Origin: the human T2T-CHM13v2.0 reference genome, Homo sapiens
Length of the DNA stretch: 64,000 bases
Reading direction: 5' to 3' (one strand)
Assembly: GCF_009914755.1 (NCBI RefSeq)
Contig: NC_060930.1
Positions within the stretch are counted from its first letter, which is position 1. Each line of letters starts with the position of its first letter. The notes beneath the pieces were generated by a model. That model worked only from the letters and a program-made list of their open reading frames with translations, did not search any database and was not told the DNA's origin. The position numbers and the translations under genes were made by a program. This document shows positions 62,689-64,000 of the stretch, one piece after another.

Positions 62689-63496
62689 TGTTACCGGGGG
62701 TCCTTGCTCCCAGAGCTCCCAAGATGGTTGTGGGCCACTTCCACAATGGTGGCAGGCCACTTCCAAGATGGTGGCAAGCCTCGTGTTCTCTTACCTGGGG
62801 TTCTTGGCCTCACGGATTCCAAGGAATGGAATCTTGGGCCATGCGGTGAGTGTTATAGCTCTATTAGAAGACATGGGTCACGGAAGAGAACCGTGGAACC
62901 CAGTGACTAGTGTTCAGCTTGATTAGGATGAACCCAGGCACTTAGCTGTGCAGGAACAATGGCAAGCCTTTAGCCTGATTGGGAGTGGCAATGGACACCT
63001 CGCTGGATCAGGAGCACAGCGGACACCCTGCTGGATCCGGAGGGATGGGAGTCAGTGGCGGGTCTGCAGTGGCAGGTCTGCGGTGGCGGGTCTGCGATGG
63101 CGGCAAACAGCAGTGGTGGATGGCGAGCGAAAGCTCAGCTCGAGCCATAACAAACATGGACCAGAAGAGTGCAGTTACAAGATTTAATAGAGTGAAATAG
63201 AGTGAAAACAGAGCTCCCACACAAAGAGAGGGGACCCAAAGAGGGTTGCTGTTGCCAGCTTGAACGCCTGGGTTTGTATCCCGATCCTTGTCCCTCCCAC
63301 TGTGCTCTCAGGCAATAGATGATTGGCTATTTCTTTGCCTCCTGTTTTTGCCTAATTAGCATTTTAGTGAGCTCTCTGATTGGTTGGGTGTGAGCTAAGT
63401 TGCAAGCCCCGTGTTTAAAGGTGGATGCGGTCACCTTCCCAGCTAGGCTTAGGGATTCTTAGTTGGCCTAGGAAATCCAGCTAGTCCTGTCTGTCA
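62689..63496 (-). mobile_element. LTR17 (HERV-W 5' LTR), complete
   Basis: TGACAGACAGGACTAGCTGGATTTCCTAGGCC...CCCCCGGTAACA; CCAAT boxes, ATTAAA; followed by a PBS (62668-62685) and donor GCG|GTGAGT (62658). Confidence 0.95.
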
Positions 63497-63575
63497 GTTT
63501 GAGCCATAAAGTTAGCTCATGCTGGTACCAAGCACTGATAGGAGATTTGTCAAAGGTCAGGGGCACCTCCACTCA

Positions 63576-64000
<425 letters not shown>

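Overview
Primate genomic DNA, almost certainly human; recognisable as the chr6p22.3 DYX2 dyslexia-susceptibility interval. It contains the 5' end of KIAA0319 (minus strand; non-coding exon 1 in a CpG island at ~25.7-26.2 kb, with positions 1-25.7 kb being its repeat-rich intron 1). It also contains the complete TDP2 gene (minus strand, 7 coding exons, 1089 nt/362 aa, all GT-AG junctions read from the sequence, plus an intron-2 alternative first exon giving a 304-aa isoform) and ACOT13 coding exon 1 (plus strand), head-to-head with TDP2 on a bidirectional CpG-island promoter. The last ~14.5 kb (ACOT13 intron 1) is a nested stack: a MER4A1-LTR provirus holds a 3'-truncated HERV-W (LTR17-gag-pro-pol), two L1PA fragments and several Alus. 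Other repeats include a full-length HSMAR2 mariner, an HML-2 LTR5 solo LTR with perfect TSD and ~29 Alus. I found no evidence of a wholly new biological system, and most ORF-track entries are Alu/L1/low-complexity artefacts. The most unusual signals are a fold-back hairpin at an L1/HERV-W deletion junction, an apparent L1 3' transduction, a stop-start uORF chain in KIAA0319 exon 1 and a cluster of alternative TDP2 starts. Gene and repeat names come from recall of known sequences, not database searches, and repeat boundaries are approximate.
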